In this document: piece by piece, positions 36,003 to 45,539 of the stretch | How the letters are laid out: the number at the start of each line of letters is the position of its first letter | How positions within the stretch are numbered: the stretch's first letter is position 1 | Source: Candidatus Fervidifonticultor secundus | GTDB lineage: Bacteria > Sysuimicrobiota > Sysuimicrobiia > Sysuimicrobiales > Humicultoraceae | DNA length: 64,000 nucleotides | Direction of reading: 5' to 3' | Assembly (NCBI GenBank): GCA_031459385.1 | Contig: JAVKIP010000015.1 | Location: 13,490-77,489, forward strand | Program-made: the position numbers and the translations under genes | Notes under the pieces: model-generated | Told to the model about the DNA's origin: nothing | Databases searched by the model: none | Seen by the model: only the letters and a program-made list of their open reading frames with translations

Positions 36003-37016
36003 TCACCGCCGCATCCCCGGGCGCGCAGGACCGGGCCAGCAGGCCGAACACCTGGTTGACGTGCTCGCCCGAATTCCCCGGGCGCGCAGGACCTGGAGGA
36101 GGCGGTCCGGGTAGTCGGTGATGATGCCGTCCCCGGGCAGCCGTCCGATCCCGGCCTCCAGCAGGCGCTCCATCTCTGCCGGCGCGTTCACCGTCCATGG
36201 CACCACCGGGACGCCGGCGCGATGGAGGGCCTCGACGACATCGACCGTGACCTGCCCGGCCTGCGGGGCCCAGAGATCGGCCCTGGCCTCGCGGACCACG
36301 GCCACGGGGTCGGAGGCGGGGTCGCGCGGCGCGCGCAGGGCGGCGGTGCGCACCGTCGGGTCGATGGCTTTTACGGTGAGGATCGACGGGTAGTGGAACG
36401 ACTGCACGATCACCCGGTGCCGCAGGCCGGCCGCGCGGACTTGGTGCAGGATCTTGGTCTCGAAGTCGGGCGGTGGCGGCGGATACTGGCCGGGGGAGGG
36501 ATACTTGGTCTCGATATTGAGCCGCACGTGCGGCGGGGCCGACGTGGTCACCAGCGCCAGCACCTCGCCCAGCGTCGGGATCCGCTCGCCCGCGAAGCGC
36601 GGGTCGAAGCGGGCGCCCGCGTCGAGGCGCTTGAGTTCCGCCACCGTCATCTCGCGCACGTACCCGCGGCCGTCGGTGGTGCGGGACACGGTGGGGTCGT
36701 GGATGACGATCAGCTCGCCATCCCGCGAGACGTGCAGGTCCAGCTCGAGGACGTCGGCGCCCAGGGCGATGGCGTTGCGGAACGCGGCCAGCGTATTCTC
36801 GGGGGCCAGGCCTGCGCCGCCGCGATGGGCGTGCACGTCGACGGTCAGGGCCCGCGCCAGGCCCGAAGGCGTCGCCACGGCCGCCGGCGCCCTCAGGGCA
36901 GCGAGCGCGACGACGCAGGCAACCGCGCACCACAGGGGCGCGGGCCCGCCCCTGGCCTGTCGCGCCGACGGGCCAGGCGGGGCGTGATCGTTGCGCGCGT
37001 CTGGAGCGCCACGCAC
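36003..37016 (-). CDS. ugpQ: Glycerophosphodiester phosphodiesterase (likely exported)
   Basis: AHRGG....PENTL.AF, ELD.H.SRDG...V.HD, IPTL.EV, NIETK, QSF, WTVN, GIITDYPD. Hydrophobic N-terminus. Start approximate. Confidence 0.9.
   Translation of the reverse strand: MRGAPDARNDHAPPGPSARQARGGPAPLWCAVACVVALAALRAPAAVATPSGLARALTVDVHAHRGGAGLAPENTLAAFRNAIALGADVLELDLHVSRDGELIVIHDPTVSRTTDGRGYVREMTVAELKRLDAGARFDPRFAGERIPTLGEVLALVTTSAPPHVRLNIETKYPSPGQYPPPPPDFETKILHQVRAAGLRHRVIVQSFHYPSILTVKAIDPTVRTAALRAPRDPASDPVAVVREARADLWAPQAGQVTVDVVEALHRAGVPVVPWTVNAPAEMERLLEAGIGRLPGDGIITDYPDRLLQVLRARGIRASTSTRCSACWPGPARPGMRR
36014..36093. repeat. 19-bp direct repeat at the 3' end of the GDPD gene
   Basis: TCCCCGGGCGCGCAGGACC at 36014-36032 and 36075-36093, separated by 42 bp. 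Confidence 0.8.
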
Positions 37017-37031
37017 GGGGCTGCCGGTCGC

Positions 37032-37063
37032 GCGGGGGCGCCGCCGGAGGGCGGCGCCCCCGC
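37032..37063. terminator. 14-bp perfect stem-loop after ugpB
   Basis: GCGGGGGCGCCGCC-GGAG-GGCGGCGCCCCCGC. No U-tract, so probably an mRNA-stabilising or attenuating hairpin. Confidence 0.6.
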
Positions 37064-37084
37064 CCTACAGCGTCCGAGGTGCGG

Positions 37085-38461
37085 CTACAGGCCGGCGGTG
37101 CGCTCGAAGCGCCGCAGGATCTGGTTCCCGCGGCGGACGGCGTTGTCCATGGCCTGCTGCGCCGTCTGCTGGCCCTGGAAGGCCCGCTCCATCTCCTCGT
37201 AGAGGACCACGCGGATCTCGACCAGGTTGCCCAGCCGCAGCCCGCGGGAGTTCCGGGTGGGCGGTGTGCGGGTCAGCTGCTGAATCGGGATCTCCGCCCA
37301 GGGGTTGCGCGTGTAGAAGCCCGACGCCCGGGCGAGCTGCGCACCCGTGAAGGTGATGGGCACGTAGCCGGTCTCCATGTGCCACTTCGCCGATGCCTCG
37401 GGCGAGCTCACGTACCGGAAGAACTCCGCCACCCCGCGGTACTCCTCCGCGGTCCGACGCGGCGAGGTCATGACCCAGAAGCTCGCGCCGCCGATGATCG
37501 AGTTCTTCGGCGCCCCTTTCACGTCGTCGTAGTAGGGGAGGAACGTCACGCCCCAGTCGAACTTCGCCTCGCGCTGGTAGCGGGCGAAGAGCGCCGAGGA
37601 GGCCGTCAGCATCGCACACTCGCCCGAGGGCCCCAGCGCGTCGCCGGCGGCGTCGCGGCCGCCGTACTTGAAGGTGCCCTCCCTGAGCATGTCCATCAGG
37701 AACTGCAGGTGGCGCACGTACAGCGGCTGGTTCAGGGTCAGCTCCGCATCGGTCCCCTCGAAGCCGTTGGCCTTCGTGGCGAACGGCGTGTCGTGGATCG
37801 CGCCGAAGTTCTCCAGCTGGACCCACGTTGGCCACGCCGTGGAGAGGCCGCAGGGCGCCGCGTTGGTCGCGCGGATCCGCTGGGCGGCCGCCCGCAGGTC
37901 ATTCCAGGTCTTGGGCGGGGCATCGGGGTTCAGGCCGGCGCGCTTGAAGGCGTCCTTGTTGTACCACAGGACCGGCGTCGAGGTGTTGAACGGCAACGAC
38001 ACCATCCGGCCGGCGGCGTCGCTGTAGTAGCCGCGGACCGCGGGCAGGTAGATGCTGGGGTCGAAGGGGATGCCCGCTTCGCGCATGAGCTCGTGGACAG
38101 GCTTGATCGCGCCCCGGGCGGCCATCATGGTGGCCGTGCCGACCTCGAACATCTGGACGACGTGGGGGGCGTTGCCGGCCCGGAACGCGGCGATCGCCGC
38201 CACCATCGTCTCGGGATACGACCCCTTGAACGTCGCGTTGACCTGGTAGCGGGTCTGGGAGGCGTTGAAGCCGGCCACGATCGACTCCAGGGCCTCGCCG
38301 AGCGGTCCCCGCAGCCCGTGCCAGAACTCTAGCGGGATGCGCGGGGCCTGCGCCACCACCATCGGGACGGTGCCCGGGTTGGCCGCGGTGGGTGCCGCGA
38401 CGCTCACCCCTGCCGCCAGGATCACGGCGGCGCCCAGGCCTACGAAGGCTCTGCTCCTCAT
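37085..38461 (-). CDS. ugpB: sn-glycerol-3-phosphate ABC substrate-binding protein UgpB
   Basis: FWH, FN.SQ, KG.YPE, AAFRAGNAPH.VQ.FEVGTATMM, PFN.STP, NSIIGGAS.WV, TGY.P. GGAGG RBS. Confidence 0.94.
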   Translation of the reverse strand: MRSRAFVGLGAAVILAAGVSVAAPTAANPGTVPMVVAQAPRIPLEFWHGLRGPLGEALESIVAGFNASQTRYQVNATFKGSYPETMVAAIAAFRAGNAPHVVQMFEVGTATMMAARGAIKPVHELMREAGIPFDPSIYLPAVRGYYSDAAGRMVSLPFNTSTPVLWYNKDAFKRAGLNPDAPPKTWNDLRAAAQRIRATNAAPCGLSTAWPTWVQLENFGAIHDTPFATKANGFEGTDAELTLNQPLYVRHLQFLMDMLREGTFKYGGRDAAGDALGPSGECAMLTASSALFARYQREAKFDWGVTFLPYYDDVKGAPKNSIIGGASFWVMTSPRRTAEEYRGVAEFFRYVSSPEASAKWHMETGYVPITFTGAQLARASGFYTRNPWAEIPIQQLTRTPPTRNSRGLRLGNLVEIRVVLYEEMERAFQGQQTAQQAMDNAVRRGNQILRRFERTAGL

Positions 38462-38736
38462 CACGATGCCTCCTGTCAGCACGATGGCGCGCGCAGGGGG
38501 CGCGCCGTGCCGGGGAATGGTCAGAGATCTACCGCAAGCATACGATACGCGGTCCCTCCGGGCCTAGCCATCAGGCGGCCGCCGGATATGCCGGCCCGCC
38601 TGGCCCGGGGCACCCGACGCTCCGGGCGCGCGTCCGGGCGACCGCGCGCATCCATGGGATGTGCCGCGCCTCCACGATGGGGTTCGCTATAGTAGAAGGA
38701 GCACGCTGCAGGCCATCCCGACTGCCGGAGGCCCGC

Positions 38737-39705
38737 ATGGACCCGCAGATCCTCGGCATCCACCACGTGACAGCCATCGCCAGCGATCCGCAGGCGAACC
38801 TGGACTTCTACGCGGGCGTGCTGGGGCTGCGCCTGGTCAAGCGCACCGTCAACTTCGACGACCCCGGCACGTACCACCTGTACTACGGTGATGGGGTCGG
38901 GACTCCGGGCACGCTCATGACCTTCTTTCCGTGGCCCGGCGCGCCCCGGGGGCAGGTGGGTGCGGGCATGGTGAGCGCGACGGCGTTCGCGATCCCCCCT
39001 GGCGCACTCCCTTTCTGGCAGGCGAGGCTGCGGGCCCACGGCGTGATCGTGGAGGAACCGGGCGTCCGGTTCGATGGAGACGTGCTGACCTTCACCGACC
39101 CCGACGGCCTGCCGCTGGAACTGGTGACAGACGGCACCGCCGACGATGCACGCGCATGGACTGGCGGCCCGGTGCCCCCGCAGGCGGCTCTGCGCGGCGT
39201 TCACTCGGTGACGCTGACGGTCGCCGGCCTGGGCGAGGACTGCGGCAGCACGCGGGCGGTGCTCGAGCGGCTCGGGTGGCAAGTGGCGGCGCAGGTCGGA
39301 GCCCGCACGCGCTACGTCCTGGGTGCGGGCGGCCCCGGCGCGACCCTCGACCTGGTATGCGCGCCCGCGGCCCCGCGCGGGCAGTACGCGGCCGGGACGG
39401 TGCACCACGTGGCGTGGCGCACGCCGGACGACGCGCACCAGAGTGGCTGGCGCGAGCGCGTGCGCGAGGCCGGCCTGGACGTCACGCCGGTGCAGGACCG
39501 CCAGTACTTCCGCTCGATCTACTTCCGCGAGCCCGGCGGCGTGCTGTTCGAGATCGCCACCGACCCACCGGGATTCACCGTGGACGAATCGCCGGAGATG
39601 CTGGGCAGCGGGCTGCGCCTGCCGCCGTGGCTGGAGCCGATGCGCCCGCGCCTGGAGCGGACCCTGCCGCCGCTGCGCTCGCCGGAGGTCACAGGGCGCG
39701 GGTGA
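38737..39705 (+). CDS. Ring-cleaving dioxygenase (MhqO/glyoxalase family)
   Basis: GIHHVTAIA, LGLRLVKRTVNFDDP.TYHLYYGD, G.VHHVAWR, DRQYFRSIYFREPGGVLFEIAT. Confidence 0.94.
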   Translation: MDPQILGIHHVTAIASDPQANLDFYAGVLGLRLVKRTVNFDDPGTYHLYYGDGVGTPGTLMTFFPWPGAPRGQVGAGMVSATAFAIPPGALPFWQARLRAHGVIVEEPGVRFDGDVLTFTDPDGLPLELVTDGTADDARAWTGGPVPPQAALRGVHSVTLTVAGLGEDCGSTRAVLERLGWQVAAQVGARTRYVLGAGGPGATLDLVCAPAAPRGQYAAGTVHHVAWRTPDDAHQSGWRERVREAGLDVTPVQDRQYFRSIYFREPGGVLFEIATDPPGFTVDESPEMLGSGLRLPPWLEPMRPRLERTLPPLRSPEVTGRG

Positions 39706-41336
39706 TCGCCGTGGAACGCGCCGCGGACGAGGCGAGGTGGTCGCGCGTCTGGGCCTGGCTGCTGGTGCTGGCCGGCCTGGTGCTGCTGGCCGGCGCGCCG
39801 CTCCCGCACATCGACGGCGATGCGGCGCTCTACGGCCGTATCGCGAAGAACGTCGTCGCCTCCGGCGAGTGGCTGACTCTGCGCGCTACCCCGGGCTGGG
39901 TGGTCGACAAGCCGCCGCTGACGATCTGGCTCATCGCCGCGTCGCTGCGCGTGGCCGGGGACAGCGACGCCACCCTGCGGGTCTGGCAGCTGGCGATGAC
40001 GCTGGGGCTGGCGGCCGTCACCTACCGGCTCGCGCGGCTCCACGCGGGCCGCGAGGAAGCCCTGCTCGCCGCGCTGGTGCTGCTCACGGCCGTGCAGGTG
40101 TGGTATCAGAGCCTGACGCCGCAGCAGGACGTGCCGCTGACGTTCTTCCTGGCGCTGGCGTTCCTGGCCTACCTGGACTACCGGCGCGGCGGACGGGCCC
40201 GGTCGCTCGCAGCCGCGGGCCTGTGGCTCGCGCTGGCGGTGCTGACCAAGGGCATCGTCGCGCTCGTGATCTTCGCCCTGGTGGCCGGTGCGGAGTGGGG
40301 GCTGGCACGGCGCCGGCGCGAGGTCGGGCGCTGGTCGTGGGGCGCGGTGGCGGTCGGGCTGATGGTCCTGGTGGCGGTGGCGGCGCCCTGGTTCGTCGTC
40401 GGCCTGCTCCGGCAGGGCCGGCCGTTCGCCGACGCGTTCTTCCTGGGGGGCAACCTGGGGCCCGGCCGCTTCTTCAGCCCGCGCATCTCGGCGCTGCCGC
40501 CGCTGTGGCAGGTGCCGCTGGCGTACCTGCCCGTGCTCCTGGTCGGCTTCCTCCCGTGGACCGGCCTGCTGCCCGCGGCGCTCCGGGAGGGGTGGCGCGC
40601 GCTGGGGGGCGGTCCTCCGTCTGTGCGGCTGTGCATGCTGTGGGCCAGCGGGGTGTTCGTCATGCTCTCGCTGTCGGCGACCGACAGGGTGTTCCGCTAC
40701 CTGCACCCGATCTACCCGCCACTGGCGGTGCTGGCGGCGCACGCGGTGGTGCCCGCGCTGGCGCAGCGGCGTGGCCTGCGCGGCGCGGCCTGGGTGTCCG
40801 TGCTGGTCGCGGTGCCGGCGCTGGCGGCCACCGCGGCATGGATGGCCGGCCGGTTCCCCGGTGAGGCGACGCTCTACCTGCCCATCGTGGCGCCGTTTGG
40901 GCTGGCGATGGCGGGCGTGCTGGCAACCGCGGCGGTTCTGGCCCTGGCCGGACAGCCGCGGCCGGCTGTCGCCGCCCTGGCTGCCGGCGCCCTGGTGGCC
41001 TGGGGGATCGCGGAGCGCGGGCTCGCCGTCCACTGGCCCCGGCTGTGGCCGTGGCGGGAGGTCGGTGCTGCAATCGTCCGCCTGCATCGGCCCGGAGACC
41101 GGATCGTGGTGTTCCGGGGCGGCGCCCTGAACTTTCCCGAGTACGTGCTCGAGGCGGACGTGGAACACGTCCAGGACGCTGCGACCCTCGGCCGCCTATG
41201 GACGACGGGGGTCGCGATCGTCCTCCTCAGGGCGAGCGACCTGCATGCGCTGCCTGCCCGACCGGCTCCGCAGCGCATCCTGGCGACCCCCACGGGATGG
41301 ATCGTCGTAGCCAACACCCGCGCACAGAGGAACTAA
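39702..41336 (+). CDS. Glycosyltransferase family 39 (ArnT-like)
   Basis: D.ALY..IAK....SGEW, DKPPL..W, QD, LAVLTKG, PWF, FLPW, RY..P.YPPLA. Confidence 0.88.
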   Translation: MIAVERAADEARWSRVWAWLLVLAGLVLLAGAPLPHIDGDAALYGRIAKNVVASGEWLTLRATPGWVVDKPPLTIWLIAASLRVAGDSDATLRVWQLAMTLGLAAVTYRLARLHAGREEALLAALVLLTAVQVWYQSLTPQQDVPLTFFLALAFLAYLDYRRGGRARSLAAAGLWLALAVLTKGIVALVIFALVAGAEWGLARRRREVGRWSWGAVAVGLMVLVAVAAPWFVVGLLRQGRPFADAFFLGGNLGPGRFFSPRISALPPLWQVPLAYLPVLLVGFLPWTGLLPAALREGWRALGGGPPSVRLCMLWASGVFVMLSLSATDRVFRYLHPIYPPLAVLAAHAVVPALAQRRGLRGAAWVSVLVAVPALAATAAWMAGRFPGEATLYLPIVAPFGLAMAGVLATAAVLALAGQPRPAVAALAAGALVAWGIAERGLAVHWPRLWPWREVGAAIVRLHRPGDRIVVFRGGALNFPEYVLEADVEHVQDAATLGRLWTTGVAIVLLRASDLHALPARPAPQRILATPTGWIVVANTRAQRN

Positions 41337-41426
41337 TACAAACTATGCCTAATCAACTATCATCAACACCGCAACGGGTCTCGGGAGAGAATCATGGAGA
41401 AAATCATGTGGAAGGTGGCCGAGACC
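41331..41426. repeat. AT-rich patch with phased direct repeats and an enclosing inverted repeat
   Basis: AACTA at 41331 and 41341. ATCAAC at 41352 and 41362. GAGA(G/A)AATCATG tandem at 41385-41408. GGTCTCGG (41377-41384) / CCGAGACC (41419-41426). Confidence 0.65.
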
Positions 41427-41446
41427 GCCGAGGCGGTGGGCCGACG

Positions 41447-41707
41447 ATGGTGGTGCGGATCGACGAGCAAGAGTACCTGACGGCCGCCGAGGCGTGTGCG
41501 GTCCTCGGCATCAAGCCGCAGACGCTGTACGCCTATGTGAGCCGAGGGATCCTGCGCAGCTACCGGCAGGGCATGCGGCGCCAGCGGCTTTATCTGCGGC
41601 GCGACGTGGAGGCGCTGGTGCGCCTGCGGCCGGGCGGCCGACGCGGCCAGGGGCGCGCGCTGCGGCTGCCGCTGCCCCATGCGGAGGAGTGGATCGGCGA
41701 CCGGTGA
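41447..41707 (+). CDS. Small helix-turn-helix protein (HTH_17, excisionase/MerR/BldC-like)
   Basis: YLTAAEACAVLGIKPQTLYAYVSRG.L..........LY.R.DVEAL. Confidence 0.85.
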   Translation: MVVRIDEQEYLTAAEACAVLGIKPQTLYAYVSRGILRSYRQGMRRQRLYLRRDVEALVRLRPGGRRGQGRALRLPLPHAEEWIGDR

Positions 41708-42870
41708 CCCCACAGGACACCCTGGCCGCCGCGCGTGGCCGCCTCCCGGCGGCCCTGGCCCTGCTGGAGGCGCTCGTCAATCTCGACACCGGCTCGCACG
41801 CGCTGGACGCACTGGCTGCTGCCGGCCAGTGGCTGGAGACGCAACTGGAGGCGCTGGGGCTGCAGGCGCGCCGGCTGGAGTTCCCGGACGCTGGCCCGAT
41901 CGTGGTGGGCACGCGGGCCGGCGCGGGCCGAGCCCGGCTGCTCTTCCTGGCGCACTACGACACCGTCTTCGACTCCGCGGAGGTGCGGCGCCGGCCCTTC
42001 CGCAGTGACGGCCAGCGCGCCTACGGCCCCGGCGTGGCCGACATGAAAGGCGGCGTCGTCACGCTCTGGGAAGCCCTGCGCCTGCTGGGCGCCAGCGGGT
42101 GGGACGACTACGCGTCGCTCACCGTGCTCCACAACGCCGACGAGGAGATCGGGTCGCCGCGCTCGCGGGCCGTGATCGAGGAGGAGGCCCGCCGCACCGA
42201 CCTCTGCTTCGTGCTGGAGCCCGGCCGGCCCGACGGCTCCGTGGTCACGGCGCGCAAGGGCGTGGGCCGCTACACGCTGACCGTGCACGGCAGGGCAGCC
42301 CATGCCGGCGCGTACCCGCAGGACGGCGCCAGCGCGCTGGTGGCCCTGGCGCACAAGATCGTGGAGCTGCACGCGCTGAACGACTACGCGCGCGGGCTGA
42401 CGGTGAACGTCGTCGTCACGGAAGGCGGCACGCGCGCCAACGTCGTGCCGGAGGTGGCCCGAGCGGAGATCGACGTCCGGGTGCCCGCCATGGCGCAGGT
42501 CGCCACACTGGAAGCGCGCCTGCGGGAGATCGCCGCCCGGGAACATCTGCCGCGTACGCACGCCGTGCTGGAGGGCGGGGTGAACCGCCCCCCGATGGAG
42601 CCCTCGCCGCGCAGCCAGGCGTTGCTGGCGCTCGCGCAGGCATCGGCGCAGGCGTTGGGGTTCGCGCTGCCGGCCGCGAGCACCGGCGGAGGATCCGACG
42701 GCAACTTCGTCGCGGCGCTTGGCGTGCCTGTGTTAGACGGGCTGGGAGCGGTCGGCGGCGGGTTCCACAGCGCCGAGGAGTACCTGGAAGTCGCGTCGCT
42801 CCCGCAGCGGGCCGTGCTGCTGGCGCTGGTGGTGCCGGAGGCCTGCCGGCGGCCGGAGATCATTGGATAG
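41704..42870 (+). CDS. M20 metallopeptidase (glutamate carboxypeptidase G2-like)
   Basis: AHYDTVF, GPGVADMKGG, DEEIGS, LEPG, G.AAHAG, GGGSDGN, HS.EE. Confidence 0.92.
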   Translation: MTPQDTLAAARGRLPAALALLEALVNLDTGSHALDALAAAGQWLETQLEALGLQARRLEFPDAGPIVVGTRAGAGRARLLFLAHYDTVFDSAEVRRRPFRSDGQRAYGPGVADMKGGVVTLWEALRLLGASGWDDYASLTVLHNADEEIGSPRSRAVIEEEARRTDLCFVLEPGRPDGSVVTARKGVGRYTLTVHGRAAHAGAYPQDGASALVALAHKIVELHALNDYARGLTVNVVVTEGGTRANVVPEVARAEIDVRVPAMAQVATLEARLREIAAREHLPRTHAVLEGGVNRPPMEPSPRSQALLALAQASAQALGFALPAASTGGGSDGNFVAALGVPVLDGLGAVGGGFHSAEEYLEVASLPQRAVLLALVVPEACRRPEIIG

Positions 42871-42915
42871 CCAGCGCGCATCGGCGGCACACGCCAACCG
42901 GGTGAAGCCGGCCGC

Positions 42916-43572
42916 TCAGGCAGAGGCCACCGCCCGCACCTGGGCCATGGCCTCGCGGGCCCGCGCGGCGAGCACATCGAGGGCGACGCCGTGGCCCACG
43001 AGCTGCGAGCCCATGGCGACCCCGGCGGCGCCGGCGCGCAGGTAGGTGGCCACGTCGTCGGGGCCGATGTTGCCGACAGCCAGGAACCGCACCTCCGGGT
43101 ACGGCGCCTGCAGGGCGCGCAGGTATTCGGGGCCCAGCAGCCCGGCCGGGAACAGCTTCTGGATCGCGTGGCCCCAGCGCAGCGCCACGCCCACCTCGGT
43201 GGCGGTCAGCACGCCGGGGATGTAGAGCCGGTCGTGCGCGCGGGCGACCTGCGAGACGTCCTCGACCAGCCCGGGCGAGACCAGAAACTGCGCGCCGGCG
43301 TCGACGGCGTCTTCTGCCTGGCGCGCCTCGAGGAGGCTGCCGGCGCCCAGGATCGCCGCACCGCCGAACGCCTCGCGCAGGGCCCGCAGCGTCTCGGCGC
43401 CGCCGGCGGTCTCGAAGGTGATCTCCACGACGCGCACGCCGGCCGCCAGCAGCGTCTCGACGATGGGCTCCACCTCGGGCGATCGCAGGCGGCGCAGGAT
43501 CGCGATCAGCCGCGCGTCGAGCACCTGCGCGGCGATGGCCCGGGCGGCGCTGGCGTCGGCCACGGCGGTCAC
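42916..43572 (-). CDS. eda: KHG/KDPG aldolase
   Basis: IAILR, VEIT, GAGS.L, GAQFLVSP, PG..T.TE, KLFPA. GTGA overlap with the kinase. Confidence 0.9.
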   Translation of the reverse strand: MTAVADASAARAIAAQVLDARLIAILRRLRSPEVEPIVETLLAAGVRVVEITFETAGGAETLRALREAFGGAAILGAGSLLEARQAEDAVDAGAQFLVSPGLVEDVSQVARAHDRLYIPGVLTATEVGVALRWGHAIQKLFPAGLLGPEYLRALQAPYPEVRFLAVGNIGPDDVATYLRAGAAGVAMGSQLVGHGVALDVLAARAREAMAQVRAVASA

Positions 43573-44522
43573 CGGTCGGGCCGCAATCCGCGGTCGGCGA
43601 GCAGGTGCAGCACGTCGGCGCGGGTGCTCCAGGCGATATCGCCGTAGTAGGTCTGCGCCAGCGCGGCCAGCGCCGCACCGTAGCGCAGCCCGGCTCCCAG
43701 GTCCTCTTCGAGGGCGCCCCACAGCACGCCTGCCGCGAACGCGTCCCCGCGGCCGATGCGATCCAGCTCCTCGCCCGGGATTGCCGGCTCGTGCACGACG
43801 CTCCCGTCTCGGGCCAGATACGCGCCGTCGCGGCCCGCGGTGACGACGGCGGCGCCGGCGCCCGTGCGCGCGCGCAGCGCCGCGGCCTGCGCACCGGCCG
43901 GGCCGTCGAGGGCGAAGACCTCGCGGGCATCGTCGCTGGCGCAGATCACCAGGTCCGCGCCGGCGAGCAGCGGGTCCAGCGCGGCCCGGGCGCGGGCGGC
44001 CGACCACAGCCGGCGGCGGTAGTTGACGTCGAAGGCCACGTGCACGCCCGCGGCCCGGGCCTCCTGGATCGCGCGCGCGGTCGTGGCCGCGCAGGAGGCG
44101 CTGAGCGCCGGGGTGATGCCCGTGAGATGGATCCAGCGGGCCCGGCGTACGTAGGTCCAGTCCACGTCGTCCGGCCCCAGCGCGCTCGCGGCCGACCCTG
44201 CCCGGTCGTAGTGGACGGCGGCGGCACGCGGGGGTACCCCGGGCTCCAGGAAATAGAGGCCGGTGCGTGCCTGCGGCGTCCAGACCACCGCAGCGAGATC
44301 CACGCCGTGTCGTCGCAGTTCGGCGGCGATGCGGCGGCCCAGCGGACCGTCCGCCAGGCGCGAGATCCACCCCGTGCGGAAGCCCATCCGGGCCAGGGCG
44401 ACTGCGACGTTGGCCTCGGCGCCCGCCGCGCGGACCTCGAAGGCCGCCGCGGCCTCCAACGTCTCACCCCGCGGCGGCGAGAGCCGGAGCATGGCTTCCC
44501 CGATGCCCACCACGTCGAGCAT
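43569..44522 (-). CDS. kdgK: PfkB sugar kinase (2-keto-3-deoxygluconate kinase-like)
   Basis: GEAMLRLSP, GAEANVA..L, RTGLYFLE, YDR.GSAAS, FDVNYR..LW, DRIG.GDAF.AG. Confidence 0.88.
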   Translation of the reverse strand: MLDVVGIGEAMLRLSPPRGETLEAAAAFEVRAAGAEANVAVALARMGFRTGWISRLADGPLGRRIAAELRRHGVDLAAVVWTPQARTGLYFLEPGVPPRAAAVHYDRAGSAASALGPDDVDWTYVRRARWIHLTGITPALSASCAATTARAIQEARAAGVHVAFDVNYRRRLWSAARARAALDPLLAGADLVICASDDAREVFALDGPAGAQAAALRARTGAGAAVVTAGRDGAYLARDGSVVHEPAIPGEELDRIGRGDAFAAGVLWGALEEDLGAGLRYGAALAALAQTYYGDIAWSTRADVLHLLADRGLRPDR

Positions 44523-44597
44523 GGCACAGGTGTTCTTTGCCGGCGTGGTGCCCGCCCCTGCCGGGTTCGGCATAGGACCCGCCGGGGAGCGCGGGCC

Positions 44598-45539
44598 CTA
44601 CGCCCGCAGGTACCGGTCGAACCAGCCCAGCAGCCGCTCCCAGGCCTGGCGCGCGGCTACGGCGTGGTACCGTGGGCCGGTGTCGTTGAAGAAGGCGTGG
44701 TCGGCCCCAGGGTAGACAACGATCTCGTGGGTGATACCGGCACGCTGCAGCGCCTCGCGCAGCGCCGGGATGCCTGTGTTGATGCGGCTGTCGAGTTCGC
44801 CGTAGATCCCCAGCACCGCGGCGCGGATCTTCGGCACGTCGCCCAGTGGCGGGTTGGGCCCGTAGAACGGGACCGCAGCCCGCAGGTCGGCGTTGGCGGT
44901 GGCGAGCCGCCAGACCATGCCGCCACCGAAACAGAAGCCCGTGGCGCCCACGCGGTCGCGGCGGACGTAGGGCAGGCCCTGCAGGTGGCGGACGGCCGCG
45001 TTCATCGTGGCAAGGTGCTGCTCGACCGGGGTCTGCGCCAGGATCGCGGTGACCTGCGCCGGGTCGCTGAAGTGCTCGGTGCCGCCCTGGTGCGAGGCCA
45101 GGTCCACGGCCAGGCCGACGTAGCCCACTTGGGCCAGGCGGCGTGCGATGTCCTTGAAGTGTTCCAGCAATCCGCGGTTCTCATGGATGATGAGTACGCC
45201 GGGGAATGGGCCGCCGCCGCGGGGTTTCGCCACGTAGCCAATCCCCATGCCGGTCCCCGCGGGAAAGGTGATCGTCCCCACGGCCTCGATGGCCAGATCG
45301 TTGGGCGCGACGGTCACGCCCGGCGCGGCTGCAGCGGCCGCGGGCGGTGCCCCCGCCGCCTCCGCGACCTCTTCCGGGGCCGCGACGATGCCCAGGTGCT
45401 GCAGCATCGGGACCGCCAGCGCCGCGCCGCCGGCCATCAGGGCCAGGCGCCGGAGCAGTTCGCGCCGCGCCAGCCGGCCGGCGCGGTAGTCCTCGGCCCA
45501 CTCCTCCAGCACGTAGCGTTCCATCTCGGTCACGGGCAT
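44598..45539 (-). CDS. Dienelactone hydrolase family protein (YghX-like) with Tat-like signal
   Basis: RRELL, IHENRGL, GFCFGGG, PFYG, YPGADHAF.NDT. GGAAGGGGAG RBS. Confidence 0.92.
   Translation of the reverse strand: MPVTEMERYVLEEWAEDYRAGRLARRELLRRLALMAGGAALAVPMLQHLGIVAAPEEVAEAAGAPPAAAAAAPGVTVAPNDLAIEAVGTITFPAGTGMGIGYVAKPRGGGPFPGVLIIHENRGLLEHFKDIARRLAQVGYVGLAVDLASHQGGTEHFSDPAQVTAILAQTPVEQHLATMNAAVRHLQGLPYVRRDRVGATGFCFGGGMVWRLATANADLRAAVPFYGPNPPLGDVPKIRAAVLGIYGELDSRINTGIPALREALQRAGITHEIVVYPGADHAFFNDTGPRYHAVAARQAWERLLGWFDRYLRA

Noticed and set aside
38572..38602. Interrupted hairpin CAGGCGG-CC-GCCGG-ATATG-CCGGC-CCGCCTG between ugpB and the dioxygenase
   Set aside because: No riboswitch signature or U-tract, and plausible by chance in GC-rich DNA.
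41447..41707. HTH gene as a prophage or ICE excisionase
   Set aside because: No integrase, att site or tRNA adjacent, and it is translationally coupled to a metabolic peptidase.
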